In this document: positions 9,852 to 19,505 of the stretch, piece by piece
Numbering within the stretch: the first letter of the stretch is position 1
Layout of the letters: every line of letters starts with the position of its first letter
Assembly: GCA_964627195.1 (NCBI GenBank)
Contig: CAZVJU010000003.1
Location: 14,854 to 78,853 of the forward strand
Direction: 5' to 3'
From: an uncultured Gammaproteobacteria bacterium
GTDB lineage: Bacteria; Patescibacteriota; Microgenomatia; UBA8517
Length of the DNA: 64,000 bases
Program-made: the position numbers and the translations under genes
The notes under the pieces: model-generated
The model's input: only the letters and a program-made list of their open reading frames with translations
Database searches by the model: none
Told to the model about the DNA's origin: nothing

Positions 9852-10592
9852 CTAAAGAAAAAACGTCAGGATACCTAAAAGTGCAGCGTAAAACCCGAAA
9901 ATTTTGAATTTTGAATTTTTGAGAAGCTGCATTGTCCAAGAAATAGACATATAACCAAAAACGGCAGAGGCTATAAAACCCAAAATCAAAGAAGAACTAT
10001 TAGTGGATAGCTCGTTTCTTGCATGGTAAAGCTCCAGTGCATTTGCGCCTAAAATCGCAGGAACCGACAGGAGAAACGAAAATTGAAGTGCTTCCTGGCG
10101 GGCTATTCCTCTTTTGAGCGCGGCAAAAATCGTTGCACCCGAGCGCGAAATTGCCGGTACTATTGCCAATGCCTGACCAATGCCGATTATAAAAGAGTCT
10201 CCGGCAGATATAGTTTTTTTAGTACCTGCTAATTTATCTATCCAAAAACATAATACCGAGGTAATAAAAAACTGGATTCCAAGAATTGCCCCGACTTGTG
10301 TAAAACTATTCTCCAGGGTTGTCCTAAACAGTAACCCGAATAAAGCTGCAGGGATGCTTCCAATAATTAGTAAAGTGAGGTAAGAAAAATCTATATGGAA
10401 AATTTTCTTTCTAAAAAAGATTAGAACAGAAAAAAGAGTCCCAAAATGCAAAACCACATCGAAAAGCACTCCGGGCTGTGAAAATCCGGGAATAAAATGT
10501 TGGGCAAGAACCAAATGCCCGGAAGATGAAACCGGCAGAAATTCAGTTAAGCCCTGGATAATGCCTAAAATTATCACCCAAAAAATAGTCAT
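9852..10592 (-). CDS. uppP: Undecaprenyl-diphosphate phosphatase
   Basis: QGLTEFLPVSSSGHL, AISRSGATI, FSFLLSVP. Confidence 0.95.
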   Translation of the reverse strand: MTIFWVIILGIIQGLTEFLPVSSSGHLVLAQHFIPGFSQPGVLFDVVLHFGTLFSVLIFFRKKIFHIDFSYLTLLIIGSIPAALFGLLFRTTLENSFTQVGAILGIQFFITSVLCFWIDKLAGTKKTISAGDSFIIGIGQALAIVPAISRSGATIFAALKRGIARQEALQFSFLLSVPAILGANALELYHARNELSTNSSSLILGFIASAVFGYMSISWTMQLLKNSKFKIFGFYAALLGILTFFL

Positions 10593-10598
10593 AATAAT

Positions 10599-11264
10599 TT
10601 AGTGAACTTCTTCAAATCGTGCATGTGTGTAAAAATCAGGGTCGGATTGTAATATTATTTCTTTAGGATTTTTAATCTTATCGATATTAATTACACCTTC
10701 CATATGGTCAAACTCGTGTTGAAAAACACGATTCATCATTTTCCCAACATCAGTATCATCTTTTGTATCCCAGTGTTTTAGATTACCGTTTTCGTCATAA
10801 TAATCAAACTCTATCCAAGAAGACCGTACCGTGGGAACTATAACAGGACTCGCACTCATACACATCTCCGGATATTTTAAAAGTTTCTTGGAATATTCAG
10901 TAACTTTTGGATTAATAAATACTTCAAGATCCTTTAAACCAACCTCCCTTTTATTCTTAATATTCTTTATCGTTTGCCCCGTATAAATTATTGAAAACCG
11001 CTCAGGAATCCCAAGTTGCACGGCCGTGACTCCCCGCCCGTAGCCGGTTTGTTTTCTGTATTTAATTAGGCACTTTTTGACATAGCGAATTTTTGCTTTT
11101 GTTTCCTGTGAAATAATTTTATTGACAGGAATGTGTTTTGAAGGCTTTCTCAAGTCAGCAAGTTCACCAATTTGATGAATAAAACTACCAACTTTACTAG
11201 CCTTGGTAAAAACTTGTGTTTTAAACTGAAAAAATTTAGGGAGTACCGGAGCCCATTTTGCCAT
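10599..11264 (-). CDS. def: Peptide deformylase (atypical motifs)
   Basis: GRGVTAVQLG, FINPK, EMCMS, QHEFDHMEG. Confidence 0.8.
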   Translation of the reverse strand: MAKWAPVLPKFFQFKTQVFTKASKVGSFIHQIGELADLRKPSKHIPVNKIISQETKAKIRYVKKCLIKYRKQTGYGRGVTAVQLGIPERFSIIYTGQTIKNIKNKREVGLKDLEVFINPKVTEYSKKLLKYPEMCMSASPVIVPTVRSSWIEFDYYDENGNLKHWDTKDDTDVGKMMNRVFQHEFDHMEGVINIDKIKNPKEIILQSDPDFYTHARFEEVH

Positions 11265-11291
11265 AAGCGAATTATAACAAAATTTAGCTTT

Positions 11292-11960
11292 TTAGGATCT
11301 TCTATCTTTCAATACGAAAAGTACAAGCGCATCAATTACTATCGGTGCCAGGAAAAAAACATTGGCGTTCTTTAATAGCTCTATTGCAGATTCACTGAAA
11401 GACAAATCGGTCAGATTAACAGGAATTCTGATCCCCAGAACAAAAAGAAATGCAATTACGAAAAGACTGAAAAGGAAAAGAACAAGCGCGCCTTCCATAT
11501 CCTTTTTACTTGCAAACATAGAGTTTGCCACTTCAAAAATAAGTATGCCTGCCAAAATATTGCCCCACCATACATCACTAAAACGATCTGTCAAAATCAA
11601 ATAAAGGATAGTAAATATTATTAAAATTCCGAAAATAAAAGGCGCAACGCCAATCAAAAACCTGCGAACAGGGTCTGTTTTACCTATCCCGACGCTACCC
11701 AAATCTACCCCGCCTCCCTCTTCTTTAAACTTGGGTAAAAGTTCCAATTCACCCACCGGAACTAAAAGAAAAAGAGCAGCCAGAAAGTGAGAAATTTCGT
11801 GGATAAAAGTCCCGGGCAAATATACAACGGCAAAAAGGTACATGCTCCAATTTCTCCTTTTTGTAACTTGAAAGAAGAAATGAAAAACCTTCTGGTTGAC
11901 TCTTCGTGATAAAAAATAAAGACCGGTAATTTCCAAGAGAAGAAATAGTATGTAAACCAT
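11292..11960 (-). CDS. Membrane metalloprotease (M50B-like)
   Basis: PGTFIHEISH (HExxH), IGVAPF, several TM segments. Confidence 0.65.
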   Translation of the reverse strand: MVYILFLLLEITGLYFLSRRVNQKVFHFFFQVTKRRNWSMYLFAVVYLPGTFIHEISHFLAALFLLVPVGELELLPKFKEEGGGVDLGSVGIGKTDPVRRFLIGVAPFIFGILIIFTILYLILTDRFSDVWWGNILAGILIFEVANSMFASKKDMEGALVLFLFSLFVIAFLFVLGIRIPVNLTDLSFSESAIELLKNANVFFLAPIVIDALVLFVLKDRRS

Positions 11961-11993
11961 TATCTCTTAAGTGTAGCAAGTATTAATTTCTTT

Positions 11994-12051
11994 CACACCG
12001 GGTGTGTGATTCAAATTGATAATTATAAATAGGGATCACACACCCGGTGTG
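11994..12051. repeat. Inverted REP doublet (REPIN-like)
   Basis: CACACCGGGTGTGTGAT (11994-12010) is the exact reverse complement of ATCACACACCCGGTGTG (12035-12051). Confidence 0.75.
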
Positions 12052-12095
12052 GCTTAATTGTAGATTAGCATTAAGTTACATGCTAATGTGATAAT

Positions 12096-13295
12096 ATGAA
12101 AATCGTTTTGCCCAAAAGGCCTCCGAAATTTCGTTTTGATAGACATATCCCTATTATTGTTACTCTTCTTTTAGTAATCGGTGTGGGTTATTATTTTTTT
12201 AGTAACAAAACAACAGGGCTTCAAAAGTTAATCACAACTATAACCGCGGAGAAAGACAAAAATCTGGAGGAGTTAAATAAAATTAGGACGGAATTGGAAA
12301 CGCTTAAAGGCGAAGATCAGCTAAAAAGAAATAACGAGCTCCAGGCGGAAATTCAAAATATTGAAAAGTCGTACGACAAGGCAGTAACTATTTACGAAGA
12401 TTTGTTGGATTTGAAGGCCAAAACGAAGGATACCAAAACTCTTGACGAATTATTCGCAAAATCTCTGGCCCACTTAGCACAAAGGGATTTTAGCGCTGCA
12501 AATGCATCTTTGACCGGCCTTTCAACAAAAATTAAAGAGGAAGATACAAAGCTTGCTGCAAGTTTTACCATACCCCAGAGCATCCCCCAATCTAACGCTC
12601 CCCCAGGCTCAGGGTATGTGAGACAACAGGTTCAAACCGATACCGGAAGCTTCATGGTAAGCATCATTGCGGCTGATCTCGGAAGCACAAAAGTCATTGT
12701 CGACACTGCTGCCGATTCGGACTGCTCAAACGAGTGTCCTACACTGCCACTTGCAACCTATGTATCACGAACCGGTGCATTTGCCGGTGTAAATGGTTCT
12801 TACTTTTGCCCCGCAGATTATCCGTCGTGTGCAGGTAAAACAAATACATATGATCTTCTCGCCATGAACTATAAAAAGACCTATTTTAATTCGGGAAATA
12901 ATGTCTACAGCAACAATCCGGCAGTAATTTTCGGTGATAGCTATATCCGATTTGTCTCTTCGGCGTCTCAATGGGGCAGGGATACTTCGCCTAACGGAGT
13001 TTTATCAAACTATCCGCTTTTAGTAGCTGGAGGTAACATTACTTTTGGCGGAGACGATGACCCCAAAAAGGGCAGCAAGGGGGCAAGAAGCTTTGTTGCC
13101 AATAAAGGCAATACTGCTTTTATCGGTGTCGTCCATAATGCCACAGTTGCCGAATCAGCCCGAGTTATGAAATCTTTAGGAATGGAAAATGCACTCAATT
13201 TGGATGACGGTGGCTCGACTGCATTATGGAGTGGGGGTTACAAAGTCGGCCCCGGCCGCAATCTCCCCAATGTAATACTTTTTGTGAGAAAATAG
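12096..13295 (+). CDS. Membrane-anchored coiled-coil protein with phosphodiester glycosidase (NAGPA/DUF2233) domain
   Basis: GVNGSYF, ARSFVA, ALNLDDGGST. Confidence 0.8.
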   Translation: MKIVLPKRPPKFRFDRHIPIIVTLLLVIGVGYYFFSNKTTGLQKLITTITAEKDKNLEELNKIRTELETLKGEDQLKRNNELQAEIQNIEKSYDKAVTIYEDLLDLKAKTKDTKTLDELFAKSLAHLAQRDFSAANASLTGLSTKIKEEDTKLAASFTIPQSIPQSNAPPGSGYVRQQVQTDTGSFMVSIIAADLGSTKVIVDTAADSDCSNECPTLPLATYVSRTGAFAGVNGSYFCPADYPSCAGKTNTYDLLAMNYKKTYFNSGNNVYSNNPAVIFGDSYIRFVSSASQWGRDTSPNGVLSNYPLLVAGGNITFGGDDDPKKGSKGARSFVANKGNTAFIGVVHNATVAESARVMKSLGMENALNLDDGGSTALWSGGYKVGPGRNLPNVILFVRK

Positions 13296-13332
13296 GCTTG
13301 TTAGCCCTCAACTTGGTATAATTATCATCACT

Positions 13333-13959
13333 ATGTATAGTGAAGTATTTTTTGACGTCGAGACAAAAAAGTTATTTGGGGATATTGAGGGAGACGATCC
13401 GGGAGATCTGGGAGTTTCAATAGTATCGGTTTATTCCAGGAAAATTGATGTAAACTCGAGCGTCAGTGGTGAGCAAAGTCGAACCATCGAAGGACAAATT
13501 CAAAGCTTTTGGGAAAAAGATTTTGCTAAAATGTGGCCAATTTTCCAGGAAGCTGATCGGATAATTGGCTATAACTCTCTGGGATTTGATGTTCCTACTT
13601 TACGGCCGTATACAAATTTTCCATTCGCAAAACTTCCTCACTTTGACATCATGGCAAGAGTGAAAGAAGTCTATGGTCATAGAATTCCGATGGATGCAAT
13701 TGCCAAAGAAACACTGGACAGGGAAAAGACAGATGTAGGTTTAAACGCTGTTTTTTACTGGCAAAAAGGCGACGCGGAAAGCCTGGAAAAACTCCAGAAA
13801 TATTGCGAGGCAGATGTGTTAATTACCCGAGATATCTACGATTTCGTCCTCAAAAATAAGCATCTTCTTTTCAAAGACAAATGGAATACCATCCGAAAAG
13901 TCGAGTTAGACTTTTCGTATCCCAAAGAAGCCACCGAAAAACAAGAAGGTTTATTTTAA
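13333..13959 (+). CDS. RNase H-like 3'-5' exonuclease domain protein (YprB/RNase_H_2-like)
   Basis: FFDVET, IGYNSLGFD, YCEADV (DEDDy). Confidence 0.8.
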   Translation: MYSEVFFDVETKKLFGDIEGDDPGDLGVSIVSVYSRKIDVNSSVSGEQSRTIEGQIQSFWEKDFAKMWPIFQEADRIIGYNSLGFDVPTLRPYTNFPFAKLPHFDIMARVKEVYGHRIPMDAIAKETLDREKTDVGLNAVFYWQKGDAESLEKLQKYCEADVLITRDIYDFVLKNKHLLFKDKWNTIRKVELDFSYPKEATEKQEGLF

Positions 13960-14007
13960 AAACTATATTCACCTTGCAGGGGTTACCCTTTAAAGGTCGT
14001 TGCACAT

Positions 14008-14538
14008 TTATTTTGTCCAAAAGTTGTTAAGAAGAGTTTCAACTTTTTCTTTCTCTTTAGAATTGTTTAGTGGAAAAGAAGCAATGAGAATATAATCATA
14101 CTGATTGGAATCATTTCCAAATAATATAAATTCCGATAAGTGCAAAGTTTCATTTATGTTTAATCCTACAACTTCTGCCTGGCAAGTATAACCACTTAAT
14201 TCATTTATTTTAACCTCAGAAAAACTGTAATTTTTAGGATTCTGTTCTTTGAGAACATCCCTGCATAGATTTTCCATAGATTGCCTATCCTTATTTTTAT
14301 TCACGCTCTTTAGTACAGGAGATATTCCAAAATATGAAATTATTTTATTGTTTTTATACGTTCCTAAGGACATATACACGCCTTCTTTTGGATCCAGAAC
14401 ACCCCACCCTCTTGTATCAAGAAGCATAAACTTATACGTTTTGTCCTCATATGCATGTTTATAAAAGTTGTAGTATAAAAGAAGTCCTAAAATACCTAAA
14501 ACCACAAATATAAGTAGAACAAGTAGAAGCTTTTTCAC
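14008..14538 (-). CDS. Exported or membrane-anchored hypothetical protein
   Basis: N-terminal TM helix; 176 aa. Confidence 0.6.
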   Translation of the reverse strand: MKKLLLVLLIFVVLGILGLLLYYNFYKHAYEDKTYKFMLLDTRGWGVLDPKEGVYMSLGTYKNNKIISYFGISPVLKSVNKNKDRQSMENLCRDVLKEQNPKNYSFSEVKINELSGYTCQAEVVGLNINETLHLSEFILFGNDSNQYDYILIASFPLNNSKEKEKVETLLNNFWTK

Positions 14539-14653
14539 AATCTCATTTTAGTTAGGTTATCTGTGAAAGTAAAGAATCGACCATATAAAACTACTTTTAA
14601 AAAGTGTTATTGGACGCAAATTCAGTTCTTCTGACCGTAGATTTACTTGACAT

Positions 14654-16381
14654 CTATCCGAAGGTAAAAGCATAAAGTTCGAGGTTGGAATCGAGGAATT
14701 CAAGTTTTAATACGTGTTGGCCGGGTTTATCGAGCTTCACTAATTTATAGAGCCTATCAATATCAACGCTAACTACCCCATCTTTTACGTCATCTCCCGC
14801 ATTACTCCCTGTAAGTAACTTATCATCCAAAGTTACCCGAACTTTTCCCTCCGTTTTCCCTTTTGGTCGCATCACCAAAAACACATCCTTTGACTCAAAT
14901 GCCAAAACTAGAGTGGAACCAGAAAACGGCATCGACCCTTCCTCCTCTATTTGCCAATCTCCTGACAGTGCAAAATGGTTGATGACTAAGTCTTCGGGTA
15001 ATTCATAAGTCTTTTTCTCGTCCCTAGCTAATTCATTCGGTGTTGCAAAGTAACCCATTCGGCCGTATCCAAGATAAAGCTCAGGTGTTCTTGTAGTGAT
15101 TTGGTACTTCGGATTATTAACTCCCTCTTTTATCTCAACTCCGGTTTCTGCTAAAAGCGCTTGAATCACCTCTTCGGTTTCATCATATTCGCCTTCGCCA
15201 AAATGAGTGTAGCGGATTTTGCCGTTCTTATCGACAATATACTTAGCTGGCCAGTAGTGATTGTCATAAACCCGCCATGTGGCATAATTATTATCTTGCA
15301 TCACAGGATATTTAATTTCAAAGTCCTCGATTGCTTTTTGAACATTCTCGGGAGATTTTTCAAATTCAAACTCGGGAGTGTGAACCCCGATTATTACCAA
15401 TCCTTTGTCGGCATACTTTTCGTACCAATCTCTTAAATAAGGCAAGGTTCGAATGCAATTAATACATGTGTAGGTCCAGAAATCTACCATCACAACTTTC
15501 CCTCGAAGCTCTTTCAAAGTCAGAGGTTTAGTATTGAACCAATCGCCGCCAGGAATTAGCTCTGGTGCATTAACCCCTGAATCATCAAGTAAATTAAACG
15601 TCGGCTTTCCCATATCTTCTTCACTCACCTCACCTCCATCTAGTCTATCAAGAGCGCGCCGAATTGTCTCGTTATCTTCGAAGCTAGTTAATCCTGTTCC
15701 ATAATTCGGAAATTTATCCAAGATAAAGGTTTGAAATTTTCTGTCAATGTTAAAAAATATCGCAAGTGCGGTCAATATCATCAAAACTCCGAAAGCTTTT
15801 TGAATCTTTACAGTATTACGAGTAAGCCAAGGAACTTTATTTAGTAAATTTCTGCCTCCATACACTATCGCAAGCATGGGAATTGCGGTTCCAAGCGAAT
15901 AAGAAAATGTAATTAATGCGGCTTGACCGGAAACGCTTCCCGTTATTGCAAGAGAAATAATCGAGGCTAAAATCGGACCAACACACGGCGTCCAGACTAA
16001 GCCAATACTCGCACCGATCAAAACCCCGCCGACAAAGCCTGAATCTTCTTTTAGTTTGGGACTGAATCTGGAGAAATAGGTAAAGAAACGCTCTAAAAGA
16101 GCCTGAAAATTCGGAAGTAAAAGTCCCAAGCCAAAAATGAGAATTATAATAATCGAAAAACTTCGCAAAGCGCCAGCCGGAATTCCCAAAGATTTAACTA
16201 TCAAACTCAAAAAAAGCGTAAAAAATGTGAAGCTTATGATAAACCCGGTTACCACCCCTAACGGCCTTTTCTTACTGCCCGTTAATGAGCTGGACAAAAT
16301 AACTGGCAAGATAGGCAAAATGCAGGGAGAAAGAATAGTTACCACCCCGGCAAGAAATGCAAATAGAATAAGCAAAATCAT
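14654..16381 (-). CDS. dipZ: DipZ: CcdA/DsbD membrane domain + thioredoxin-like domain
   Basis: SPCILP, WTPCVGP, DFWTYTCINC, GVHTPEF. Confidence 0.92.
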   Translation of the reverse strand: MILLILFAFLAGVVTILSPCILPILPVILSSSLTGSKKRPLGVVTGFIISFTFFTLFLSLIVKSLGIPAGALRSFSIIIILIFGLGLLLPNFQALLERFFTYFSRFSPKLKEDSGFVGGVLIGASIGLVWTPCVGPILASIISLAITGSVSGQAALITFSYSLGTAIPMLAIVYGGRNLLNKVPWLTRNTVKIQKAFGVLMILTALAIFFNIDRKFQTFILDKFPNYGTGLTSFEDNETIRRALDRLDGGEVSEEDMGKPTFNLLDDSGVNAPELIPGGDWFNTKPLTLKELRGKVVMVDFWTYTCINCIRTLPYLRDWYEKYADKGLVIIGVHTPEFEFEKSPENVQKAIEDFEIKYPVMQDNNYATWRVYDNHYWPAKYIVDKNGKIRYTHFGEGEYDETEEVIQALLAETGVEIKEGVNNPKYQITTRTPELYLGYGRMGYFATPNELARDEKKTYELPEDLVINHFALSGDWQIEEEGSMPFSGSTLVLAFESKDVFLVMRPKGKTEGKVRVTLDDKLLTGSNAGDDVKDGVVSVDIDRLYKLVKLDKPGQHVLKLEFLDSNLELYAFTFG

Positions 16382-16585
16382 AACTACTTAATAACTCTTA
16401 AATTTTTATATAGCTAAATACTAGCATGTTACTGGAGAAAAATTAATCTCAACTATGATTTGGGTCACGATTTTCTGAACTACAGGTCTTCTGTGATCAC
16501 CACCAAAGTCGCAGAGAAGCGTGAGTTTTTGGTATAATTCAACTTAATATAGTGGCCGACGTAGATTCGGCCATTATTTTCGCAT

Positions 16586-16659
16586 TGAGGGATCTGCTAA
16601 TGGTAGGCAAGCGGACTCTGAATCCGTTAATCTAGGTTCGAATCCTAGTCCCTCAGCCA
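16586..16659 (+). tRNA. tRNA-Gln (CTG), CCA encoded
   Basis: TGAGGGA/TCCCTCA acceptor, GCGGA-CTCTGAA-TCCGT anticodon arm, CTAGG-TTCGAAT-CCTAG T arm. Confidence 0.95.
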
Positions 16660-16663
16660 AATC

Positions 16664-17194
16664 ATGAAAATTATAATTAAACTCAAATATTTATTCCTCT
16701 TATTCTTCTTTCTGTTTGCCCTATTGTCAAATTATTATTTAGGTTCAAGAAATATTCAAAACGCTGCAAATGACAATTTCAATGGAGGAATATGTTACGC
16801 ATGTCAATCATGTAAAGACGTATATGAAATATGTCAAAAGAGATTTGGTTTTGATATCTATAATCTTATTTACTCTCTTATTCCTATTTCTTTTGTAATT
16901 GCTCTATTTAATAACATATATTTAAAAAGCAACCTATATAGAACGATTAAACAAAGTATATTATTGGGAATGATATGGTTAATATCTATTGAAATAATAG
17001 TAAGGATATTCCAGATCCCGGTACTTTATACTCATTTCCTTGAGGGTAGACAAAGTTTACATTATCAATTCTTTACATTATTTCCCGAATTTATTGTGAT
17101 TTTTTCTATATTTCAATCAATTATTTCAGGTGTATTTGGTTATTTCGTAGGTAGCATTACAAAACATTTCATATTAAGAAAAGTAGTAAAATAG
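16664..17194 (+). CDS. AT-rich membrane protein with CxxCxxC loop
   Basis: About 4 TM segments; ATG 4 nt after the tRNA CCA; TAG stop overlaps the junction site. Confidence 0.65.
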   Translation: MKIIIKLKYLFLLFFFLFALLSNYYLGSRNIQNAANDNFNGGICYACQSCKDVYEICQKRFGFDIYNLIYSLIPISFVIALFNNIYLKSNLYRTIKQSILLGMIWLISIEIIVRIFQIPVLYTHFLEGRQSLHYQFFTLFPEFIVIFSIFQSIISGVFGYFVGSITKHFILRKVVK

Positions 17195-17223
17195 GTTCTA
17201 ATAGCGTACAAAGTGCGCAGCCA
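17192..17223 (+). repeat. tRNA-Gln-type junction site 1
   Basis: TA-GGTTCTAA-N16-CAGCCA. Confidence 0.75.
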
Positions 17224-17252
17224 GTAAGAATTGGAGAGAGGTCGGGAGGTAG

Positions 17253-17337
17253 CGCTTTCCGCGCCCGCCTCCGCGGAAAGCGGTAATCACCCGGTAATCA
17301 CCCGGTAATCACCCGGTAATCACCCGTCAGGTGATAT
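17253..17337. repeat. GC hairpin, 4x 11-bp tandem CGGTAATCACC and left REP ATCACCCGTCAGGTGATAT
   Basis: CGCTTTCCGCG/CGCGGAAAGCG stem; tandem units 17281-17324. Confidence 0.85.
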
Positions 17338-17378
17338 ACATTGACACAACTCGGAAATAGACATAGGATATTATTAAT

Positions 17379-18044
17379 ATGTCTGGAAAAAGAAATGTCA
17401 TATTTGCCAAAAACGAAATCTACCACCTTTTTAATCGTTCAAATGCTAACGAATCGATTTTCGTAAAGAAAAAGGAAATCACAAGATCTCTTAACTTGAT
17501 GTCATTTTACAGATTTAATCAAAGTTTGAGATTTTCTTTTTTTGACAGACTTCCTGAAGAACAAAAAGATAAGTATTTGGAAAAGACTTTAGGAAACGTA
17601 CCAAATGTTGACATACTTTCCTACTCCTTAATGCCTAACCACTTTCATTTACTCATAAAGCAAACAAATGAAAAAGGAATAAAAAATTATCTCTCTAATT
17701 TCCAGAACAGCTTTGCGAAATATTTTAATATAAAAAATAAAAGGTTTGGAACTCTTTTTCAGAGACCTTTTAAGGCTAAACATGTAGAATCTGACGAACA
17801 ACTTCTTCACATATCAAGGTACATCCATCTTAATCCTGTTACATCCTATATGATGGAGTTTGAGAATTTGAGAAGTAGTGACTTGACCTCTTTACAATTA
17901 TATTTAGATAAAAAGAAGTCTTGGGTTAATACTGATCTAATTATTAATTTAATAGGTTCGGTATCAAAATACGAAAAATTTGTGAAAGATCATGTTGACT
18001 ATCAAAGAAAATTAAGTAAAATCAAGCACTTGTTATTAGATTAG
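17379..18044 (+). mobile_element. REP-associated tyrosine transposase (RAYT, Y1_Tnp HUH family)
   Basis: YHLFNRS, YSLMPNHFHLL (HUH), YAKY-like FAKYFN..GTLFQ.PF, YIHLNPV; flanked by inverted REPs. Confidence 0.9.
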
Positions 18045-18128
18045 TAAGGTGTGTGAACCAATATCACCTGACGGGTGATACGTAGATTAGTAAGGTGTGT
18101 GAACCAATATCACCTGACGGGTGATACG
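18037..18128. repeat. Perfect 46-bp tandem duplication, each unit with REP ATATCACCTGACGGGTGAT
   Basis: Units 18037-18082 and 18083-18128; REP is the reverse complement of the left REP at 17319-17337. Confidence 0.9.
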
Positions 18129-18195
18129 CCTCAAGAGCTAATATATCAAAATATATCACTCCCGGCGTGGATTCGAACCTAATAAGACTTAATTC

Positions 18196-18870
18196 CTAAA
18201 GTTTGTAATTCGAAACTATCTCGTAACTGGCGTAGGGCACGACTTCATCATCAAAAAGGCACATTTTTATTTCCGGCCAGCAATTATCTAAAGCTTTGAT
18301 TTCTTGAATCGAGTACCACTTCACTCCTTCCAGTAACTTCATTGATTCTTTTTCGGTAGGGGTTATTTCAACCTGAAACATGACCTGACCGTCATCAAAA
18401 AGGGATTCACCATCAAGGGTTTTAACGATTTTAGCGTGAAGAGATTTATATTCAAATCTGACTGAGGGGATTTCAATCCCAGTATTCTCTTTAAAGAGTC
18501 TCACTAAGGCAGCTTCCATCGGTTCACCAAACATAGGCCGGCCACTGGGGAAGTTATAGAAATTAATTTTGGCGGTAGGGTGACTTTTTAGTAAATAGTT
18601 GCCGTGACCATCGTGAACAATAAAGCCACAAAAAAAGGTTTTTATTCCCTGCTCACTCAGATCAGATAATTCATAGTTATAAATTTCCTTAATTCCGGTT
18701 GGGGTAATAGCATAGGTATTGTCTTCTTTTTCGATAAATTGATTCTCCAGCAACTGGTTCAGGTGGAAGACTATATTGTTTTCGAAGTTATATCCCCGGG
18801 TTAAAGCCGCATATTTCTGGTTATTTTGTTGGGCAAGCCTTTTAAGTAATACCTTTTGGGTACGGTGCAT
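18196..18870 (-). CDS. Winged-helix + degenerate NUDIX protein (putative regulator), copy 1
   Basis: NIVFHLNQLLE.QFIEK...YAIT.TG wHTH; FPSGRPMFGE...RLFKENTG Nudix-like box. Confidence 0.75.
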   Translation of the reverse strand: MHRTQKVLLKRLAQQNNQKYAALTRGYNFENNIVFHLNQLLENQFIEKEDNTYAITPTGIKEIYNYELSDLSEQGIKTFFCGFIVHDGHGNYLLKSHPTAKINFYNFPSGRPMFGEPMEAALVRLFKENTGIEIPSVRFEYKSLHAKIVKTLDGESLFDDGQVMFQVEITPTEKESMKLLEGVKWYSIQEIKALDNCWPEIKMCLFDDEVVPYASYEIVSNYKL

Positions 18871-18876
18871 AATTTA

Positions 18877-18898
18877 GTGTAGTTTACTACTCTAGATA
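18877..18898. promoter_or_regulatory. Candidate operator GTGTAG-N4-CTAC-N-CTAGATA, copy 1
   Basis: Shared with 25375-25396; contains GTAG-N4-CTAC inverted repeat. Confidence 0.5.
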
Positions 18899-19136
18899 CG
18901 TTCCTTGGTAGTTGATAAATTACCGCCAAGTATGGAAAACTTAATGGGACAATTAACCGAAGAGGAGCTAGTCAAACACTTATCGCCGGTTGAAAAATGA
19001 CTTTATCGGTCAAGTGATAGGCAAGAGCAGTTGAATATTCTCTGTAATTCAAGTTGGGTTAATACTATCGGCCTTATCATTGAAAAGACGGCCGGACTTG
19101 GCCACCCAACTGATATAATTTTAGGAGGATAAACTT

Positions 19137-19505
19137 ATGTTTAAACAAATGTTTGCTAACTGCATTTTAGTCAAAGATTTTGAAAAATCTTTAGATTTTT
19201 ATCAAAACACATTAGGTTTGGAGCTAAATACCAGAGAGGGTAACTTTGCCAATTTTAAAATTGATAATATCGAGTTGGCGATCATGCAGCAAGACCAAGC
19301 CACCGAAATGCTGCCTAAAGATTTCATGAATAGCGGTGGAAGTGTACTGCTTTGTTTTCAGGTAAGTGACGTGGATAAAACTTGTTCGGACTTGCAAGCC
19401 AAAGGTATAAAGTTTATTTCCGGTCCCAAAGTGACTTCCTGGGGGCAAACCGTAGCCTATTTCCTTGACCCGGACAATAATATTTGGGAAATCTCCAAAA
19501 AATGA
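19137..19505 (+). CDS. VOC/glyoxalase family protein, copy 1
   Basis: VKDFEKS..FY...LGL, WGQ..AYFLDPDNNIWEI; AGGAGG RBS. Confidence 0.9.
   Translation: MFKQMFANCILVKDFEKSLDFYQNTLGLELNTREGNFANFKIDNIELAIMQQDQATEMLPKDFMNSGGSVLLCFQVSDVDKTCSDLQAKGIKFISGPKVTSWGQTVAYFLDPDNNIWEISKK

Noticed and set aside
16459-16468. TTTGGGTCAC resembling the tRNA-Glu-type junction end
   Set aside because: No GGTTC-like motif at the expected distance, and it is upstream of tRNA-Glu in the opposite orientation.
17281-18128. Tandem repeats as a CRISPR array
   Set aside because: Units are contiguous with no unique spacers, there are no cas genes, and the repeats are explained by RAYT REPs.
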